Virus record (IMG/VR): IMGVR_UViG_3300010430_000004
Coordinates: 64,001-128,000 of that record
Length of the DNA: 64,000 nucleotides
Direction: 5' to 3' (one strand)
Source: a virus
Shown here one piece after another: positions 60,941 through 64,000 of the stretch. Position 1 is the first letter of the stretch. The number at the start of each line of letters is the position of its first letter. The notes below the pieces were generated by a model that saw nothing but the letters and a program-made list of their open reading frames with translations, made no database searches and had not been told where the DNA came from. The position numbers were made by a program, and so were the translations under genes.

Positions 60941-61435
60941 ATGCAAAGCAATAAACCAAAAATATCTGAGAGAGTAGAAGCCCTTGAATTATCTGTAGAA
61001 AATTTAAGTGCAGCAAATTTAGGTATGGCGCAAGCTCTAGAAAATCAAAGAAGAGTAGTTGTTTCTCTGGCTGAAAAGATGGATGCTATTTTTTATCTAT
61101 CTAGTGCTAACCAGCCCATTACAGAAGAAGCAGTTGACGCTAGAGTAATTGATTTAAAAGAAAAAGAGCTTAAAGCTGAAACTGAGCAAGCATTAACTAA
61201 TGGCGACATTAAACCAGCAAAAGTTGTGGGAAATCAAAGCTTTGTGGTTGTTCGTGAGTTAGATAAAGATACGAAAAAAGTCATTCAACCTAGAGCACAA
61301 ATTGCTTTAGCTTATATGCCTGATGAAGTTAAAGATGACTTCCTTGGAAAAAAGAAAGGTGACAAAATCGAAAATGGAAACGTAATTATTGAAATTATTG
61401 AAGTTTATGATTTTGTTAAACCTGAAGGTAAATAA
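60941..61435 (+). CDS. Coiled-coil protein with GreA-C/FKBP-like tail
   Basis: N-terminal heptads; FLGKKKGDKI...IEIIEV. Family assignment is weak. Confidence 0.4.
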   Translation: MQSNKPKISERVEALELSVENLSAANLGMAQALENQRRVVVSLAEKMDAIFYLSSANQPITEEAVDARVIDLKEKELKAETEQALTNGDIKPAKVVGNQSFVVVRELDKDTKKVIQPRAQIALAYMPDEVKDDFLGKKKGDKIENGNVIIEIIEVYDFVKPEGK

Positions 61436-61439
61436 GGGT

Positions 61440-61447
61440 AATCTTTA
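61440..61447 (+). promoter_or_regulatory. Candidate late promoter box AATCTTTA
   Basis: In a 29-nt intergenic gap, 25 nt before ATG 61465. Confidence 0.5.
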
Positions 61448-61464
61448 CCTTAAAGGGAGCTTAT

Positions 61465-62670
61465 ATGAGTATTAAAAATTATACAGAAAAAGAAATAGCG
61501 TATATCATTAATTCTAAAGACACCAAAGACTGGACTTGGAATGAACTAGCTGAGAAGTACAACAAGAAGTTTAATCAAGATCGTTCACCTGAAACTATTA
61601 GAGAGTGTTATAAACGCTACGTTCATCTGTATAATGATGATCAGTTTGTGGTCAAACAATTACGAACAGTAGCAAATACTAAGAAAAATTCAGCCCTAAA
61701 AGCTAAAGAAAACCGCGTAATTCTCGAAAGGCTTAATACTCTTGAAGAAATTCTAGAAGTTACCAAAAATGCTGCTCGTGAAATTATTAAAGATATTCCT
61801 AAAAAGTCAAAATTTAAACCTCTTAAATCTAAGAAACGTCTAATGACTAAGGAATTATTGCTGTCGGATATTCATTTTGGCAAATTAACTGCTACTTTTA
61901 ATTTAGAAGTATTGCACAGGCGACTAGATGAAGTTGTTCGTGCTACTCTACACGAGATTGAAAGAGACAGCAAAGAATATGCTGTAGAAAGACTGATTAT
62001 CCCTATACTAGGAGACATTATTGAGTCTGATACTATGCACGGACCAGAAAGTTCTAAGGGTTGTGAATTTGGCAATTCTAGGCAAATATACGAAGCACAG
62101 ATTGGCTTGTTCAAGCACGTTGCTAAACCTATTTTAGACTACTGCCATGATAAGGGTATTTTTGTAGAATTTGTTATGGTTACTGGAAATCACGACCGGA
62201 CTGAAGAAAAAAGAACCTTTAATGATCCAGGGGAAGACAATGTTACTTATATTATTTACAATACCCTTAAAGATTATATTGAACTTGCTGGCTATAATAA
62301 TGTATCTTTTGACATACCTAGTGGGCCTTGGGCTATTACTAGCATTTATGGCTCTACTGTTATGTATGAACATTACGATAACGCCGCTAATGACTCTCGT
62401 AAAGCGTTAGAAACATTGATGACCAAAAGAGCAACGAACAATATTAAGAAAATTATTCATTTTATGAGGGGTGGACATTTTCACAATACTACTTCTTATG
62501 ACAACAACCGCATCCAAATCAACGGTTCTTTCCCTGGAAACGATTCTTACTCTAGCATACTAGGTTTTGATTCTCCAGCTGCTCAGACTCTTAATAGTTA
62601 TGTTAAAACTTCTAGAAGAAGCAACAGCTTTTATAGAACCTTTGTTATTCAACTAGAAGACGTAAAATGA
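61465..62670 (+). CDS. HTH-fused metallophosphoesterase (DP1-like nuclease type)
   Basis: Myb/HTH-like WTWNELAEKYNKKF; LLSDIHFG, LGDIIE, GNHDR, GGHFH, NGSFPG. Confidence 0.75.
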   Translation: MSIKNYTEKEIAYIINSKDTKDWTWNELAEKYNKKFNQDRSPETIRECYKRYVHLYNDDQFVVKQLRTVANTKKNSALKAKENRVILERLNTLEEILEVTKNAAREIIKDIPKKSKFKPLKSKKRLMTKELLLSDIHFGKLTATFNLEVLHRRLDEVVRATLHEIERDSKEYAVERLIIPILGDIIESDTMHGPESSKGCEFGNSRQIYEAQIGLFKHVAKPILDYCHDKGIFVEFVMVTGNHDRTEEKRTFNDPGEDNVTYIIYNTLKDYIELAGYNNVSFDIPSGPWAITSIYGSTVMYEHYDNAANDSRKALETLMTKRATNNIKKIIHFMRGGHFHNTTSYDNNRIQINGSFPGNDSYSSILGFDSPAAQTLNSYVKTSRRSNSFYRTFVIQLEDVK

Positions 62671-63817
62671 TAGTAAAGTCCAGTCACCTAGCTCTTAGAT
62701 TTTATAAAAATGATGGCTGGACTATGGCCCTTTTATCTGAGTGTTTAGAGAAAGGCTCTGCTATAGAATTTTGCCCAGGTATTGGTCTGGAATATTACAG
62801 ATTAGAAGTGGGCTCACGACTAGACCTTGACAAGCTAATGCCTCATGTAACCAATGTTCAGAATTGGAGAAACGAGTTAATTGGCCCTTCCAGAGAATAT
62901 ATAGACAAAATGATGTGGTAATCTCCGATACTTAATAGTATGGAGGTTATATGTCAGCAAATTCTAAAAGATCAAATAAATTATACAACTATTTAGTCAA
63001 CACTTTTGGTTTAAACAAAGAGACTATTCTAGAATATGTAGACAACCGTGTACAGGATCTATTGCCAAAGCATATAGACAATAAAATAAACTCTTCAAAA
63101 ATGGAATATATGATACTTGGCACTGTATCTAATATTATAAATAAAGGCTTTGGCGAGCATTCTCCCTACTATGATAGGAGAGTGGCTTTTGATAAATATG
63201 TTAAAAAATGTATAAGAGAAGAAGTAATTAAAATTGTCAAAGAAACTAAGGAAATAGAAGTCAAGCTAATAGACAAAGATACTTCAACAATACGTAGGGC
63301 GGATTAATGCAACATACCCTTAAAATTAATTTAAGTTATCTTATATATAATCTAAACGCTGAAATGCTGGATACAGATTATTATATTCCATATACTGAAG
63401 AAGATGCTAAAATTGTAGATAATTTTAGTGAAGTTTTTAATAGAGCAGTTTTTCTTAAAAAGAAGAATGAAAAACGTCACGCTCTTGAGCAAACCTTTAT
63501 ACAAATGAAAGAAATGTTAAAAGAAAATGACAGTAGAGGAGCTTTTGAGCTTCTTGAAAGGTTTTCAAAATTAGGAGAAGAAAATGATTAAAGTCGGAAT
63601 GGTGCTTATGTGCATCCTTAATATAAACTATACAGAATACCCACTTAGATTAAAAAACGTACCAGTAAAAGTGTTGCACATCACCAATGACCAGAAGGCC
63701 CTTGTTAGATATGACCTTAAAACTGTATCATCGGTAGAATATAGTGGTGGACCACAGCTAGAAGTTTTTCATGTAGAAGACCTTAAGGGCGATTACATGA
63801 AGTGTAAGGGTAAATAA
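62667..63817 (+). other. Four small hypothetical genes (62667-62921, 62951-63307, 63307-63591, 63584-63817)
   Basis: Coupled ORFs. Confidence 0.55.
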
Positions 63818-64000
63818 TTGAGTCGGATATGGGACAATGAAGCAGCACTAGCAAACGAACTAATCCTATGGTTAACCAAAGAGGGTTGGGTGGTTCATCA
63901 AGAAGTCCAACTTACTGGTTCTGGAAGAACAGTAGATATTGTTGCTGAAAAGGATAATAAGCTTTGGGCCATTGAATGTAAGAATACCTTTACGGAAAGT
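63818..64000 (+). CDS. PD-(D/E)xK nuclease, 3'-truncated, not in the ORF track
   Basis: TTG start; MSRIWDNEAALANELILWLTKEGWVVHQEVQLTGSGRTVDIVAEKDNKLWAIECK with E...QEV...DIV...IECK motif. Confidence 0.7.
   Translation, partial: MSRIWDNEAALANELILWLTKEGWVVHQEVQLTGSGRTVDIVAEKDNKLWAIECKNTFTES

Noticed and set aside
1-64000. Stop-codon reassignment, CRISPR array, tRNA genes, intein or intron in nrdA/nrdB
   Set aside because: All three stops end genes in a tightly packed map; no spaced repeats or cloverleafs were seen; both RNR genes are uninterrupted and of normal length
1-64000. Specific host assignment, for example Bdellovibrionota
   Set aside because: Gene content is only suggestive; nothing in the window identifies the host

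Overview
A 64-kb slice of an AT-rich, gene-dense, large lytic myovirus genome using the standard genetic code. I saw no tRNAs, CRISPR array, integrase or IS element. 1-27.7 kb is a contractile-tail baseplate and fibre module: a tube-initiator/LysM/gp25 fusion, a 2186-aa baseplate J, a wedge partner, a tube-like protein, a 2798-aa fibre and further fibre proteins. A short minus-strand cassette interrupts it, and an M15 endolysin follows. 28.9-43 kb holds nucleotide enzymes (CYTH, HAD, P-loop kinase), a UvsW-like helicase, a sigma-70-like factor lacking region 4.2, GroES-like, Mre11/Rad50, a signal-peptide ClpP-like protease, SWIB and RuvC genes. 43-64 kb is accessory: small ORFs, separated nrdB and nrdA, SET, mini-MscS, NADAR, metallophosphoesterases and a PD-(D/E)xK nuclease. 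The best candidate for an undescribed system is at 44.3-46.6 kb. It is a translationally coupled cassette of phosphoesterase, three ~70-aa paralogues sharing an ungapped 41-aa core, and a second phosphoesterase, followed directly by a ~340-nt GC-rich, multi-helix candidate non-coding RNA that I could not assign to a known class. Other highlights are two promoter classes readable from the sequence, a SET + SWIB + histone-H1-like gene set, and a Tat signal fused to what looks like a capsid-protein fragment. All protein assignments come from motif recognition by eye; no searches were run.
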